Positions 28,346-38,197 of a stretch of DNA of 54,206 nucleotides are shown in pieces. Origin of the DNA: Burkholderiales bacterium. Lineage in GTDB: Bacteria; Pseudomonadota; Gammaproteobacteria; Burkholderiales; Burkholderiaceae_C. The stretch spans positions 1 through 54,206 of the forward strand of contig JANMEO010000183.1 of NCBI GenBank assembly GCA_031376995.1, written 5' to 3'. Both the position numbers and the translations under genes were made by a program. The stretch's first letter is position 1. Every line of letters begins with the position of its first letter. The notes beneath the pieces are model-generated. The model saw only the letters and a program-made list of their open reading frames with translations, was not told the DNA's origin and did not search any database.

Positions 28346-28768
28346 TCAGAAAAATACACGCATGCCAAGCACAAATGTCAAAAATATACTCAGCGCCAGT
28401 GTGACCACGGCCGATTGCCGACCGAATGATTGACTGACCGAGTGCGTCGCATCCATCCACAGATGACGCAGGCCCGCGATGAAGTGATGCAGATAAGCCC
28501 ATAAGAGCACCAAAACGCTGAGCTTGAAAAACCACCCGGGGAAAATACCGGCACCTTCCCTGAAAACGAAGGTTAACTTTGAATAAGACGCCTCAGAGCT
28601 GATGCTGGCGTCGAACATCCAGATGAAGAAGGGCAGCAATAAAAACATGATGGCGCCGCTGACCCTGTGCAGGATGGACACAAGGCCTGCAAGTGGCAAC
28701 CGATATTGCAAGGCATCAACGAGACGCATCGTGCCGGGTCTGTGCTTGATGTTTTTTGACATGGCCAA
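28346..28768 (-). CDS. sdhC: Succinate dehydrogenase cytochrome b556 subunit
   Basis: 140 aa with LSILHRVSG and HH..G.RHL motifs. First gene of sdhCDAB. Confidence 0.9.
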   Translation of the reverse strand: MAMSKNIKHRPGTMRLVDALQYRLPLAGLVSILHRVSGAIMFLLLPFFIWMFDASISSEASYSKLTFVFREGAGIFPGWFFKLSVLVLLWAYLHHFIAGLRHLWMDATHSVSQSFGRQSAVVTLALSIFLTFVLGMRVFF

Positions 28769-29005
28769 TAACCTTCTGTTGATGGGTAAAAACCCTTGTA
28801 GTTTATGCCAATGTCCTTCACTTTGCAGGATTAGCTCTCGCGAGAATACCTTGCCCCACTTGACCTCTGCTCAAATGAGTAAAAAGGTACAGTCAACGTT
28901 GGGCCCTGGGCATTGTGTGGATAGGTAGGTAGGTCCACCACCTCAGTAGCCTGCCCTACACTGGCCAATTTTTTATTTTATTCAACTTTTTTCTGGAGAC
29001 CTTTC

Positions 29006-29992
29006 ATGAGCAAAATTCCTGTCCGGGTAGCGGTTACTGGGGCTGCTGGCCAAATTGGCTATGCCTTGCTATTTCGTATCGCTTCTGGAGAAATGTTAGG
29101 CAAAGACCAACCCGTGATTTTGCAATTGCTTGAGATTCCAGACGAAAAAGCACAAAAGGCCCTCAAGGGCGTCATGATGGAGCTCGAAGATTGCGCTTTT
29201 CCGCTTTTGGCTGGCATGCAGTCACATGGCGATGCCAACACCGCGTTCAAAGACACCGACTATGCCTTGCTTGTGGGTGCTCGGCCTCGCGGCCCCGGCA
29301 TGGAGCGTAAGGATTTGCTGGCTGCCAATGCGCAAATATTTACGGCTCAAGGCAAAGCATTGAATACGGCGGCAAGTCGCAATGTGCGAGTATTGGTGGT
29401 GGGTAACCCGGCCAATACCAATGCCTACATCGCCATGAAAAGCGCCCCAGATCTGCCCCGCAAAAACTTCACCGCCATGCTCCGCCTGGACCACAATCGG
29501 GCCGCTTCTCAAATTGCAGCCAAGACGAACAAAGCCGTGTCCGCCATCGAAAAGCTGGCGGTTTGGGGCAATCATTCGCCCACGATGTACGCTGACTATC
29601 GATTTGCCACCATCAGCGGCGAAGCCGTCAAACCCTTGATCAATGACGACGCATGGAATAAAGATATATTTTTACCCACCGTGGGTAAGCGTGGCGCTGC
29701 CATCATCGAAGCGCGTGGATTGAGCTCTGCCGCCTCGGCAGCCAATGCCGCCATCGATCACATGCGGGACTGGGCTTTGGGCTCGCACGGACAGTGGGTC
29801 ACGATGGGCGTGCCGTCCAATGGCGAGTACGGTATTCCGAAAGATGTGGTGTTTGGCTTTCCAGTCACCACAACCGCGGGCGAATACCAGATCATTCAAG
29901 GCCTTGAGATTGATGCCTTCAGCCAAGAGCGCATCAACCTCACGTTGCGAGAGTTACTAGAAGAACAAGAGGGTGTCAAACACCTACTCTGA
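29006..29992 (+). CDS. mdh: Malate dehydrogenase (NAD)
   Basis: 328 aa with [21 protein letters not shown] and typical LDH-like MDH motifs. Confidence 0.97.
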   Translation: MSKIPVRVAVTGAAGQIGYALLFRIASGEMLGKDQPVILQLLEIPDEKAQKALKGVMMELEDCAFPLLAGMQSHGDANTAFKDTDYALLVGARPRGPGMERKDLLAANAQIFTAQGKALNTAASRNVRVLVVGNPANTNAYIAMKSAPDLPRKNFTAMLRLDHNRAASQIAAKTNKAVSAIEKLAVWGNHSPTMYADYRFATISGEAVKPLINDDAWNKDIFLPTVGKRGAAIIEARGLSSAASAANAAIDHMRDWALGSHGQWVTMGVPSNGEYGIPKDVVFGFPVTTTAGEYQIIQGLEIDAFSQERINLTLRELLEEQEGVKHLL

Positions 29993-29999
29993 AACTGAA

Positions 30000-30028
30000 C
30001 ATGGCCATCGCTAGCTGCGATGGCCATG
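30000..30028 (+). terminator. Perfect hairpin just after the mdh stop (CATGGCCATCGC-TAGCT-GCGATGGCCATG)
   Basis: 12-bp perfect stem with a 5-nt loop, 8 nt after the TGA. No U-tract, so intrinsic terminator function is uncertain. Confidence 0.4.
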
Positions 30029-30057
30029 AGATACGTCATGGCGCTCTTATCTCATAG

Positions 30058-30544
30058 GACTTACGCAAAACTCATGATCAGGATATACCCCTCGGAACTG
30101 AAGATGCTGGGTCGATGGGTCGTTTTGAGAATGGAGATGCAAGAGTTAGGCGTTGGTCAGCTGATCAAGATCAAAGATTTTCCCAAAGGACATCGGGTCA
30201 AACTGTTCCGGCTTGTGGTGTCTACTCGCCGCACGGATTTTGTCCTGACAAACGACCTCACTCAAAACTCTTCGTCGGATGCAGACACCGTGTGTGCCTG
30301 GCGTTGGAAGATTGAGCAGTTTCACCGAGAAGCCAAACAACTCACCGGGATCGAACGCTGCCAATGCAGAAAAGCTCGGATCCAGCGCAACCACATTGCC
30401 TGTGCTTTTTTGGTTTCGACGCGTTTAGCGCAAGTAGCCAAGAAAACCGGCAAAACCTTGTACCGCATCAAGCACGGATTACTCGATGACTACCTCCGCT
30501 CGCAACTCAAAGCGCCTGAGATCTCGATGACTTTTGCGTAAGTC
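30058..30544 (+). mobile_element. 487-bp IS deletion derivative bounded by 18-bp terminal inverted repeats
   Basis: Left TIR GACTTACGCAAAACTCAT (30058-30075) matches the reverse complement of 30527-30544 (GACTTACGCAAAAGTCAT) at 17/18 positions. The interior encodes only a transposase C-terminus. No target-site duplication is evident. Confidence 0.65.
30077..30541 (+). pseudogene. Truncated DDE transposase (C-terminal part only, IS4/IS701-like)
   Basis: Contains ...VKLFRLVVSTRRTDFVLTNDL... and the R-x3-E-x6-K signature region WRWKIEQFHREAKQLTG. The N-terminal catalytic part is missing. The stop TAA lies inside the right TIR. Confidence 0.6.
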
Positions 30545-30728
30545 TTATTCAACATGCTGCGGTGACAAGGTGTGGCTCCATTTTGCGAAGTTATTTTGTG
30601 CGCGTTGCATTCCTGTGCGCATGAGCCCACCGCGTCGTCGCGCTTTGCAGGCACCGGCAGCGCAGCCCACTCGGCCGCGTTGAACTGTCGTTTCTAGATT
30701 AAAGCGCTTCAATGCGCAAGGCACCCTA

Positions 30729-31193
30729 ATGAACAAAGATTTTCTGCAAACCAACAAGCCTCAAGCTCAAAGTTCAGCCACTTCGAAGCTGATCATGCCG
30801 GGTACGCCATCTCAGGCCGTCAACCCCAAAGCAAAAGCGATGATGGGCAGTGCAGCCCTATCACGCAGCATGGCCGTTGGAAGTTTATTAAGCTTGATCG
30901 TGCTGGGTCTCGGATGGGAGATTTTTTGGGCGCCTACAGGCATCGGGCCCATCGGCCTGTCTATCAAAATCTTGCCACTCACGCTGCCTCTGGCTGGGTT
31001 GCTCAAAAACCGCATGTACACCTATCGGTGGGTGAGTTTGCTGGTGTGGCTTTATTTTGCAGAAGGCGTCATCAGGGCCATTGAGGGCCATAGCCTGAAC
31101 GCAACCCTGGCAGCATCGCAGGCCATTTTATGCTTGTTGCTGTTTGTGGCCTGCGCGTGGCATATCCGCTCACGTTTAAGCCAGGCGCGATAA
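30729..31193 (+). CDS. DUF2069 family membrane protein (true start probably internal, near MMGSAAL)
   Basis: Conserved core LKILPLTLPLAGLLKNRMYTYRWVSLLVWLYFAEGVIRA and 4 TM helices. Confidence 0.7.
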   Translation: MNKDFLQTNKPQAQSSATSKLIMPGTPSQAVNPKAKAMMGSAALSRSMAVGSLLSLIVLGLGWEIFWAPTGIGPIGLSIKILPLTLPLAGLLKNRMYTYRWVSLLVWLYFAEGVIRAIEGHSLNATLAASQAILCLLLFVACAWHIRSRLSQAR

Positions 31194-31241
31194 CTGCCGT
31201 CGTGCCCCAACTTGAAACCAGCAAATTCTCAGACATCTGTT

Positions 31242-31360
31242 GGTTCTGTCGCAATAAGAATTTACGCTCACTGCGGCACACGATTGGTGGTGGGTAGGCC
31301 TCGGTCAGACGCTACCAGTAGCGTCCCGGGTTTGTCGAAAATTCTTATTGCAACAGAACC
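31242..31360. repeat. 119-bp palindromic MITE-like unit
   Basis: The 22-bp arm GGTTCTGTCGCAATAAGAATTT (31242-31263) matches the reverse complement of 31339-31360 at 21/22. A nested 8-bp hairpin GACGCTAC-CA-GTAGCGTC lies at 31308-31325. Confidence 0.55.
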
Positions 31361-31376
31361 CTGCAAACTCGCTGAA

Positions 31377-31541
31377 CACACTCATGCTCTTGAGTTCAAT
31401 GGCACCAACCACATTGAATCGAGTTCGTGATGCTGTTTGCTCTATGGGCTTATCAACACCTTTTTTGATCCAGCCACAACTCACTTTGGTAGCCATCGTC
31501 GGGTGCACTGCACCCATGAAAAGAATCGGCTCTTCACTGGT
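31377..31541 (-). pseudogene. IS630-family transposase fragment (about 55 aa of the DDE domain)
   Basis: Translation TSEEPILFMGAVHPTMATKVSCGWIKKGVDKPIEQTASRTRFNVVGAIELKSMSV resembles the IS630 DDE_3 core. Gly appears to replace the first catalytic Asp (FMGA where I recall family members having FxDA). Truncated on both sides. Confidence 0.5.
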
Positions 31542-31566
31542 ACGTATCCCCCCAGGCGGTATTGGG

Positions 31567-32040
31567 TCACTGCAACCGCCCTTTCAGAGCCTGCGGAACC
31601 ACCAAAGGAATGACCTCAATCCCCTCGTCCAATAACTCTCGACTTTCCTCCAGTGTGGCTTGGCCCCGAATGCCACGCGTCGCAGTTTCCCCATAATGAA
31701 TCCGTCGAGCCTCATCCGCAAACCGATCACCCACATCATCAGTGTTTGCCATCATGTGCTGGACCGCCACGACCCAAGCTGTTTGCAGACCCACTGCCGC
31801 TTCAGAATCAGGGCTGCTAGAGGGTACCGTTTGAGCAGCCCTCAACGCAGCTTCAGGCTCTGAGGGTACTTGGCGGCGGATCTGCACATGCGGGGCGCTT
31901 GGCAGTACCGTCACCTCAAGGCTGCCACAAAGCGGACAACTCAACAGGCCCTGACTTAGCTGACGTTGCCGATCAGCATCTGAGCCAAACCAGCCCTCAA
32001 ACCGATGATCTAGATGACAGCGGAGATTAAAAACCTTCAC
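31567..32040 (-). CDS. DUF1178 family zinc-ribbon protein
   Basis: N-terminus MKVFNLRCHLDHRFEGWFGS...CPLCGS. Confidence 0.85.
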   Translation of the reverse strand: MKVFNLRCHLDHRFEGWFGSDADRQRQLSQGLLSCPLCGSLEVTVLPSAPHVQIRRQVPSEPEAALRAAQTVPSSSPDSEAAVGLQTAWVVAVQHMMANTDDVGDRFADEARRIHYGETATRGIRGQATLEESRELLDEGIEVIPLVVPQALKGRLQ

Positions 32041-32621
32041 TGGTCAACGGCCTGCCAATTGAGTGGCCAACGACCTTCTCGCCACTGCCTAAGCCAGAGC
32101 AAGCCGATGAGTGTTTTGGCATCGGTCAACTCCCCCTGCATCGCACAAGTTTCTAGCTCTTGTTGAGTGGCGACATCAAGCTCCAAAAATTCGCCCTCAT
32201 CAAGTTGTTGAGCGCCTGCAACCAAGTCACGCGCAAACCAGACCTCAATGAACTCATTGGAGTACGCGATAGCGTTATGAAGTATTCCGGCACGAGCCCA
32301 CTGCCGGGCCAAATAACCGGTTTCCTCGGACAACTCGCGCTGTGCGCAGGAGAAGGTGGACTCTGATGGGTCGAGCTTGCCTGCGGGAAACTCTAGCATC
32401 ACCCGCTTGAGTGGAAAACGATACTGCCGCTCGACAAGCAGGCGTCCATCATCGAGCAAAGGCACGATCATGACGGCCCCAGGATGGACCACATATTCGC
32501 GAGAGGCCAGAGCGCCACCAGGCAAGACAACCTGGTCCCGCCTCACATCCAAAAAATGCCCTCGATAAACTTGCTCACTGCTGACAGACTCTTCGCGCAA
32601 GCGTGCATCGGATGATGTCAT
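32037..32621 (-). CDS. NUDIX hydrolase (ADP-ribose pyrophosphatase-like)
   Basis: Nudix box GKLDPSESTFSCAQRELSEETG. Lies downstream of nuoN. Confidence 0.85.
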   Translation of the reverse strand: MTSSDARLREESVSSEQVYRGHFLDVRRDQVVLPGGALASREYVVHPGAVMIVPLLDDGRLLVERQYRFPLKRVMLEFPAGKLDPSESTFSCAQRELSEETGYLARQWARAGILHNAIAYSNEFIEVWFARDLVAGAQQLDEGEFLELDVATQQELETCAMQGELTDAKTLIGLLWLRQWREGRWPLNWQAVDQ

Positions 32622-32634
32622 GACAGCCGGCCCA

Positions 32635-34137
32635 TCAACTGCTCAAGGCTTTGCGCACTGCCTCAGCGCACAAAGCCATCAGACCACCCGGCAAGACACC
32701 TAAAATTAAAACCGCCAAGCCATTGCAGGACAAAACAGCACGGACATCGCCAGTGGCAACCAGCGCAGACGAATCGGTAGGCTCTTCAAAGTACATCAAC
32801 CTAACGACTCGAATGTAGTAAAACGCGCCAATCAATGAAAACATCACTGCAACCACCGCCAAGCCCACATAAAACGGATTGTGGGTCGTAATCAAAGCTT
32901 GCAAAATAGCCAGCTTGCCTGCGAAACCAACTGTGGGCGGAATCCCCGCCAATGAAAACATAAAAATGGCCATCACCGCTGCGTACCAAGGACTGCGACG
33001 GGCTAACCCCTTCAAATCAGACAGTTCTTCAGCCTCAAAGCCCTGACGCGACAAGAGCATCACGACGCCAAAAGTTCCGAGTGTGGTCAATATATAGCTG
33101 ACCAAATAGAACATCGCAGAGCTGTAGCCATTGGCCGCAAAGTCGGTACTTGCATGGACAACCGTGTGTGTGAAACCAAGCAACATGAAACCAATTTGCG
33201 CAATGGTTGAATAGGCCAACATGCGCTTAAAGTTGGTTTGAGCGATGGCGGCCAAATTGCCTAAAGCCATAGAGGCTACAGCCAACACCATGAGCATTTG
33301 CTGCCAGTCTCCAGCCAGGCCAGACATCCCTTCCACCAATAAGCGAAAGGTCAAGGCAAACGCTGCCAATTTCGGTGCGCTGGCCACCAGCAAAGTGACC
33401 CCGGTGGGTGAGCCCTGATAAACGTCTGGCACCCACATATGAAAGGGCACGGCACCCAATTTGAAAGCCAAACCAGCCACCACAAAAACCAACCCAAATA
33501 CCAGCACAGCCTGGTTGATGCGGCCCGTTGAAATGGCGGCAAAAACCTCTGGAATCAAAAGTGAGCCTGTTGCGCCGTAAACCATGGACAGGCCATAGAG
33601 CAAGAAGCCACTGGCCATGGCCCCCAACACAAAGTACTTCATAGCGGCCTCTGTAGCGTTAACTTGATCTCGCCGCAGAGCCACCAGTGCATAAAGAGAC
33701 AAGCTCATCAGCTCCAAACCCAGGTAGGCCACTAAAAAACTGTTGGCCGACAACATGATAAAAATCCCCAATAGGGAAAAAAGCGAGAGAGAAAAAAGCT
33801 CGCCTTTCAAGAGGTCATGGGTGGCCGCATACCCGCGCGCATAAACCAATGCGATCATCACTGCCAGGGAGGCAAAGAAACCCAGCAAGTGCCCCAGCGG
33901 ATCCGAAACCACCATGTCTTGCATGAGGTAGCCCGCAAGGCCATCGTCAAACAAAGACCAGTGCAACCAGGCCACCAAAGCTAATGACGCCTGAGTCAAC
34001 CAGTATGTTGGAGCTCGCCCAGGGTGGGTGACCCACAGGTCAGCCAAGGTCACCACCAAGGCACAGCTTAAAAGCACAACTTCAGGAAGAAAACCTGAGT
34101 ATTGGGACAAAATAGAAGACAACCAAGGCATGTTCAT
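32635..34137 (-). CDS. nuoN: NADH-quinone oxidoreductase subunit N
   Basis: Polytopic antiporter-like subunit and last gene of the nuo operon. Start chosen at ATG 34137 (MNMPWLSS...). Confidence 0.95.
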   Translation of the reverse strand: MNMPWLSSILSQYSGFLPEVVLLSCALVVTLADLWVTHPGRAPTYWLTQASLALVAWLHWSLFDDGLAGYLMQDMVVSDPLGHLLGFFASLAVMIALVYARGYAATHDLLKGELFSLSLFSLLGIFIMLSANSFLVAYLGLELMSLSLYALVALRRDQVNATEAAMKYFVLGAMASGFLLYGLSMVYGATGSLLIPEVFAAISTGRINQAVLVFGLVFVVAGLAFKLGAVPFHMWVPDVYQGSPTGVTLLVASAPKLAAFALTFRLLVEGMSGLAGDWQQMLMVLAVASMALGNLAAIAQTNFKRMLAYSTIAQIGFMLLGFTHTVVHASTDFAANGYSSAMFYLVSYILTTLGTFGVVMLLSRQGFEAEELSDLKGLARRSPWYAAVMAIFMFSLAGIPPTVGFAGKLAILQALITTHNPFYVGLAVVAVMFSLIGAFYYIRVVRLMYFEEPTDSSALVATGDVRAVLSCNGLAVLILGVLPGGLMALCAEAVRKALSS

Positions 34138-34242
34138 CGCATTCAACCCAAGTTCAAGAGCACGCACAGGTAAGAAGTAAGAAATCAGCGCAGCCCAGCA
34201 AGACGGTGCCAATTAAAAGACAGGGTGTTGAAGCACAGACCC

Positions 34243-35727
34243 TCAATGCCCTGCCGAGGGCAGCTTAGACACCTGAACGTGTTTGAGCAATTCGGCCACT
34301 GAAACATGCATGGTATCTGTGAAGGGCTTGGGATACACCCCCATGGCCAACACGGCAACGGCCAAAACAGTCAACATCAGCTTTTCACGAACATTGACAT
34401 CAATGAGCTGGTTCACCGCCTCATTGGTGACGGGGCCGAAGTACACCCGCTTCACCATCCACAATGTGTAGGCAGCACCCAAAATCAAGGTGCTGGCGGC
34501 CAAGATGCCAATCATGAAGTTGTACCCTACAGCGCCGAGGATGATCATCCACTCTCCAACGAAGCCGGCCGTGCCAGGCAAGCCACAGTTTGCCATGGCA
34601 AAGAACACCGCAAAGGCCACAAAGACTGGCATCCTCTTGGCCACACCGCCGTAGGTTGCGATCTCCCTCGAGTGCATGCGGTCATAAAGAACGCCGATGC
34701 ATAAAAACATCGCGCCTGATACGAAACCATGAGAGATCATTTGGACCAGAGCGCCCGACAAGCTCAACTCGCTGAACATGAAGATGCCCAGCGTGACGAA
34801 ACCCATGTGGGCAATGCTGGAATAAGCCACCAGCTTTTTCATGTCTTCTTGAACCAAAGCCACCAAACTGATGTAGACAACGGCCGTCAAAGACAATGCA
34901 ATAATCAACCAGCTCCAATGGCTTGCCGCATCAGGCGTAATCGGCAGCGAAAAACGCAAGAAACCATAAGCGCCCAACTTCAGCATGATCGCAGCCAGCA
35001 CCACAGAGCCTCCAGTGGGGGCCTCAACGTGAGCGTCTGGAAGCCAGGTGTGCACCGGCCACATCGGCACTTTGACTGAGAACGCCGCGAAGAACGCAAA
35101 AAAGAGCCACTCCTGAGCCAACATGGGCAAAGGGAGTTTGTGCCAATCCAAAATACTGAAGCTGCCCGACTCGCTGTAGAGATAAATGAGACCAACGAGC
35201 ATCAACAACGAGCCAGCGAGGGTGTACAAGAAAAACTTAAACGCGGCATAAACGCGTCGAGGCCCGCCCCAGACACCAATAATGATGTACATGGGGATTA
35301 ACGTGGCCTCGAAAAAAATATAAAAAAGCAAACCATCTAGCGCACAAAAAACCCCAATCATGAGCCCGGAGAGAATCAAAAAAGCGCCCATGTACTGATT
35401 GACCCGCTCTGTGATGACCTCCCAAGCGGAGACAACCACAATCACTGTAATGAACGCCGTGAGTGCGACAAACCATACAGAGATGCCATCGACGCCCAGG
35501 TGATAGTGCACATCAAGGCTGTAAATCCAGGGCAAATTTTCCTGGAACTGCATGGCAATGGCCGTATTGTCAAAATCCTGTATGAGCACCAGGGTGACGA
35601 CGAAGCTCAATAGCGCGCCAAGCAAAGCCAACCAACGCACCCAGCGGACATGGTCAGACCGCCCCAGAGACAGCAGCGTCAGACCAAAAGCAATCGGCAA
35701 CCATATTGCCAAACTCAACAAAGGCAT
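34243..35727 (-). CDS. nuoM: NADH-quinone oxidoreductase subunit M
   Basis: Antiporter-like subunit starting MPLLSLAIWLPIAFG at ATG 35727. Confidence 0.95.
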   Translation of the reverse strand: MPLLSLAIWLPIAFGLTLLSLGRSDHVRWVRWLALLGALLSFVVTLVLIQDFDNTAIAMQFQENLPWIYSLDVHYHLGVDGISVWFVALTAFITVIVVVSAWEVITERVNQYMGAFLILSGLMIGVFCALDGLLFYIFFEATLIPMYIIIGVWGGPRRVYAAFKFFLYTLAGSLLMLVGLIYLYSESGSFSILDWHKLPLPMLAQEWLFFAFFAAFSVKVPMWPVHTWLPDAHVEAPTGGSVVLAAIMLKLGAYGFLRFSLPITPDAASHWSWLIIALSLTAVVYISLVALVQEDMKKLVAYSSIAHMGFVTLGIFMFSELSLSGALVQMISHGFVSGAMFLCIGVLYDRMHSREIATYGGVAKRMPVFVAFAVFFAMANCGLPGTAGFVGEWMIILGAVGYNFMIGILAASTLILGAAYTLWMVKRVYFGPVTNEAVNQLIDVNVREKLMLTVLAVAVLAMGVYPKPFTDTMHVSVAELLKHVQVSKLPSAGH

Positions 35728-35750
35728 ATTATTTTTCTCCGCAGCGTGAG

Positions 35751-37787
35751 TCAGAAGTACTGACTCATGAGACTGCTCAGGTGGGGCCAAAGCTGCCAGG
35801 TCATCAAAGCAATGACCCCCAAAATCATGACCAAGGCATACCAGTAAAGGTGCCCGGTTTGAACCCAACGAACGGTCGACGACACCCATCCTACGGCACG
35901 CGCTGAACCGTTAACCAGCAAGCCATCGATCAAACCGATGTCACCGACCTTCCACAAACCTTGGCCCAACCAACGAGCGCCTCTGGCAATCACGGCTTCA
36001 TTCAAGGCATCCAGGTAGTACTTGTTTTCCAGGACACGCTGCAATAAAGGCATGGGAAATACGGCTCCCAAAGCCGCCGGAATCTCAGGCTTGCGAATGT
36101 AGAACAAATAAGCCACAAACACCCCTGAAGCCGCCAGCCAGAATGGGGCCTGGCTCAGGCCATGAACGGCCATGGCCCAAGGGCCATGGAACTCTTCACG
36201 CAATGTCTGCATCGCAGTATGCACGCCAGAGTCCACATAAATAGCCCCATCGAAAAAGTCGCCATAAAGCATGTATTCAATACTGACAAAACCAATGCCT
36301 ACAGAAGCAATGGCAAGAAGAATCAGCGGCAAAGTCACAACCCACTCAGACTCATGGGGCTCATGCGAATGATGGGCATGAGGATCAGCATGGCTGCCCT
36401 GCGCAAGACCTGGCTCGTGCCGAAACCGTTCGTTGCCGTGGAAGACCAAAAAGTACAACCTGAATGAATAAAAAGCAGTAACAAAAACCCCCGCCAGCAA
36501 GGCAAAACTGGCAAAACCAGAACCCCATAAATGACTGGCCCATACGGCTTCAATGATGCTGTCTTTGGAGTAAAAACCAGAAAATAAAGGAGTGCCAATC
36601 AAAGCCAAAGACCCAAGAAGAAAAGCAAACCACGTGATGGGCATGTACTTGCGCAAGCCACCCATATTTCGAATATCTTGTGCATGATGCATGCCCATGA
36701 TGACCGAACCGGCTGCCAAAAACAGTAGGGCTTTGAAAAACGCATGAGTCATGAGGTGAAAAACAGCCACCGAATAAGCCGAGGCGCCCAACGCCATGGT
36801 CATATAACCCAGTTGCGATAGGGTTGAATAAGCCACAATACGTTTAATATCATTTTGAATGATACCCATAAAACCCATAAAAAGAGCCGTGATCGAGCCA
36901 ATCACCATCACAAAGCTCAGAGCCGTATCTGAGAGCTCAAACAAGGGTGACATGCGAGCCACCATGAAGATGCCTGCAGTGACCATGGTTGCAGCATGTA
37001 TCAATGCCGAAATAGGTGTGGGCCCCTCCATCGAGTCAGGCAGCCACACATGCAATGGAAACTGCGCACTCTTGCCCATAGCACCAATGAACAAGCAAAT
37101 ACAAATCACCGTGATCAACATCCAATCGGTGCCCGGCAAAAGCGTTTGGGCTAACAGGTCAGCACCGTCAAATATCTCGGTGTAATTCAGCGAGTGAGCA
37201 AAAGCCACAATCAGGCCAATACCCAGGATAAAGCCAAAATCGCCGACACGGTTGACCAAAAAAGCCTTCATGTTGGCAAAAATGGCAGTGGGTTTCTGAT
37301 GCCAAAAACCAATCAACAAATAAGACACTAAACCCACGGCCTCCCACCCAAAAAACAACTGCAGCAAGTTGTTGCTCATGACCAGCATCAACATGGCGAA
37401 GGTGAATAGAGAGATATAACTAAAGAATCTCTGATAGCCTGGATCTTCTGACATATAGCCGATGGTATAGATATGCACCATCAAGGAAACAAAGGTCACC
37501 ACACACATCATCATGGCCGACAGGCCATCGACCATGAACCCCACCTCCATCTTCAGACCATCCAAGACCATCCACTCATAGACGGTGCTGTTGAAGTAGG
37601 CCCCATCAAAAACCACGCCCTTAAGCACCAAAGCCGAGATGATGAATGAGATCAGCAACCCCAAAATGGTGACACAGTGAGCACCGCGCCGCCCAATGAC
37701 CTGACCCAGAAAGCCAGCCACCACAGAACCCACCAAGGGGGCCAGCGGCACCAGCAGCAGCATGTTTTGCGAAAGTTGTGTAGGCAT
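35751..37787 (-). CDS. nuoL: NADH-quinone oxidoreductase subunit L
   Basis: 678 aa antiporter-like subunit with a C-terminal lateral helix region. Confidence 0.95.
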   Translation of the reverse strand: MPTQLSQNMLLLVPLAPLVGSVVAGFLGQVIGRRGAHCVTILGLLISFIISALVLKGVVFDGAYFNSTVYEWMVLDGLKMEVGFMVDGLSAMMMCVVTFVSLMVHIYTIGYMSEDPGYQRFFSYISLFTFAMLMLVMSNNLLQLFFGWEAVGLVSYLLIGFWHQKPTAIFANMKAFLVNRVGDFGFILGIGLIVAFAHSLNYTEIFDGADLLAQTLLPGTDWMLITVICICLFIGAMGKSAQFPLHVWLPDSMEGPTPISALIHAATMVTAGIFMVARMSPLFELSDTALSFVMVIGSITALFMGFMGIIQNDIKRIVAYSTLSQLGYMTMALGASAYSVAVFHLMTHAFFKALLFLAAGSVIMGMHHAQDIRNMGGLRKYMPITWFAFLLGSLALIGTPLFSGFYSKDSIIEAVWASHLWGSGFASFALLAGVFVTAFYSFRLYFLVFHGNERFRHEPGLAQGSHADPHAHHSHEPHESEWVVTLPLILLAIASVGIGFVSIEYMLYGDFFDGAIYVDSGVHTAMQTLREEFHGPWAMAVHGLSQAPFWLAASGVFVAYLFYIRKPEIPAALGAVFPMPLLQRVLENKYYLDALNEAVIARGARWLGQGLWKVGDIGLIDGLLVNGSARAVGWVSSTVRWVQTGHLYWYALVMILGVIALMTWQLWPHLSSLMSQYF

Positions 37788-37867
37788 ATTCTTAGAGTGA
37801 TGAAGAGGCTATACCCGTTGAAACTTAAACCTGGCGATATGAAACATTCAGTCTCAATAGGAAAAAA

Positions 37868-38197
37868 TCAGCCTTGAAGATTATCCAAGTCCTCGACACT
37901 GACAGATGAGCGATTGCGAAACAAAATCACTAGAATTGCCAGGCCAATTGCAGATTCAGCCGCAGCCACAGTCAAGATGAAGAAAACAAATACCTGCCCA
38001 GCCATGCGATCAGCAACAAGCGGCAGGTAATGAGAAAAAGCCACAAAATTGATATTAACGGCCAGCAGCATCAGCTCAACAGCCATCAGCAGCACAATCA
38101 AATTTTTGCGATTAAGAAAAATACCAATGACGGAAAAAGAAAATAAAATTGCACCCAGAGTTAGATAGTGCCCAAGTGCCAATTGGGGGAGGCTCAT
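37868..38197 (-). CDS. nuoK: NADH-quinone oxidoreductase subunit K
   Basis: 109 aa with 3 TM helices and [19 protein letters not shown]. Confidence 0.95.
   Translation of the reverse strand: MSLPQLALGHYLTLGAILFSFSVIGIFLNRKNLIVLLMAVELMLLAVNINFVAFSHYLPLVADRMAGQVFVFFILTVAAAESAIGLAILVILFRNRSSVSVEDLDNLQG

Noticed and set aside
28769-29005. sdhC/mdh divergent intergenic region with a short AGGT x3 run (about 28920-28935), inspected for operator sites
   Set aside because: No clear palindrome or known box could be identified by eye, so there is not enough evidence to call a site.
30020-30076. N-terminal 19 codons of the 173-aa ORF following mdh
   Set aside because: This stretch is made of the second arm of the mdh hairpin plus the left TIR of the IS remnant, so it is not genuine coding sequence.
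30545-30757. 70-aa minus-strand ORF between the IS remnant and DUF2069
   Set aside because: It has Arg/Cys-rich composition, no RBS and no recognisable family, and it overlaps the start region of the DUF2069 ORF.
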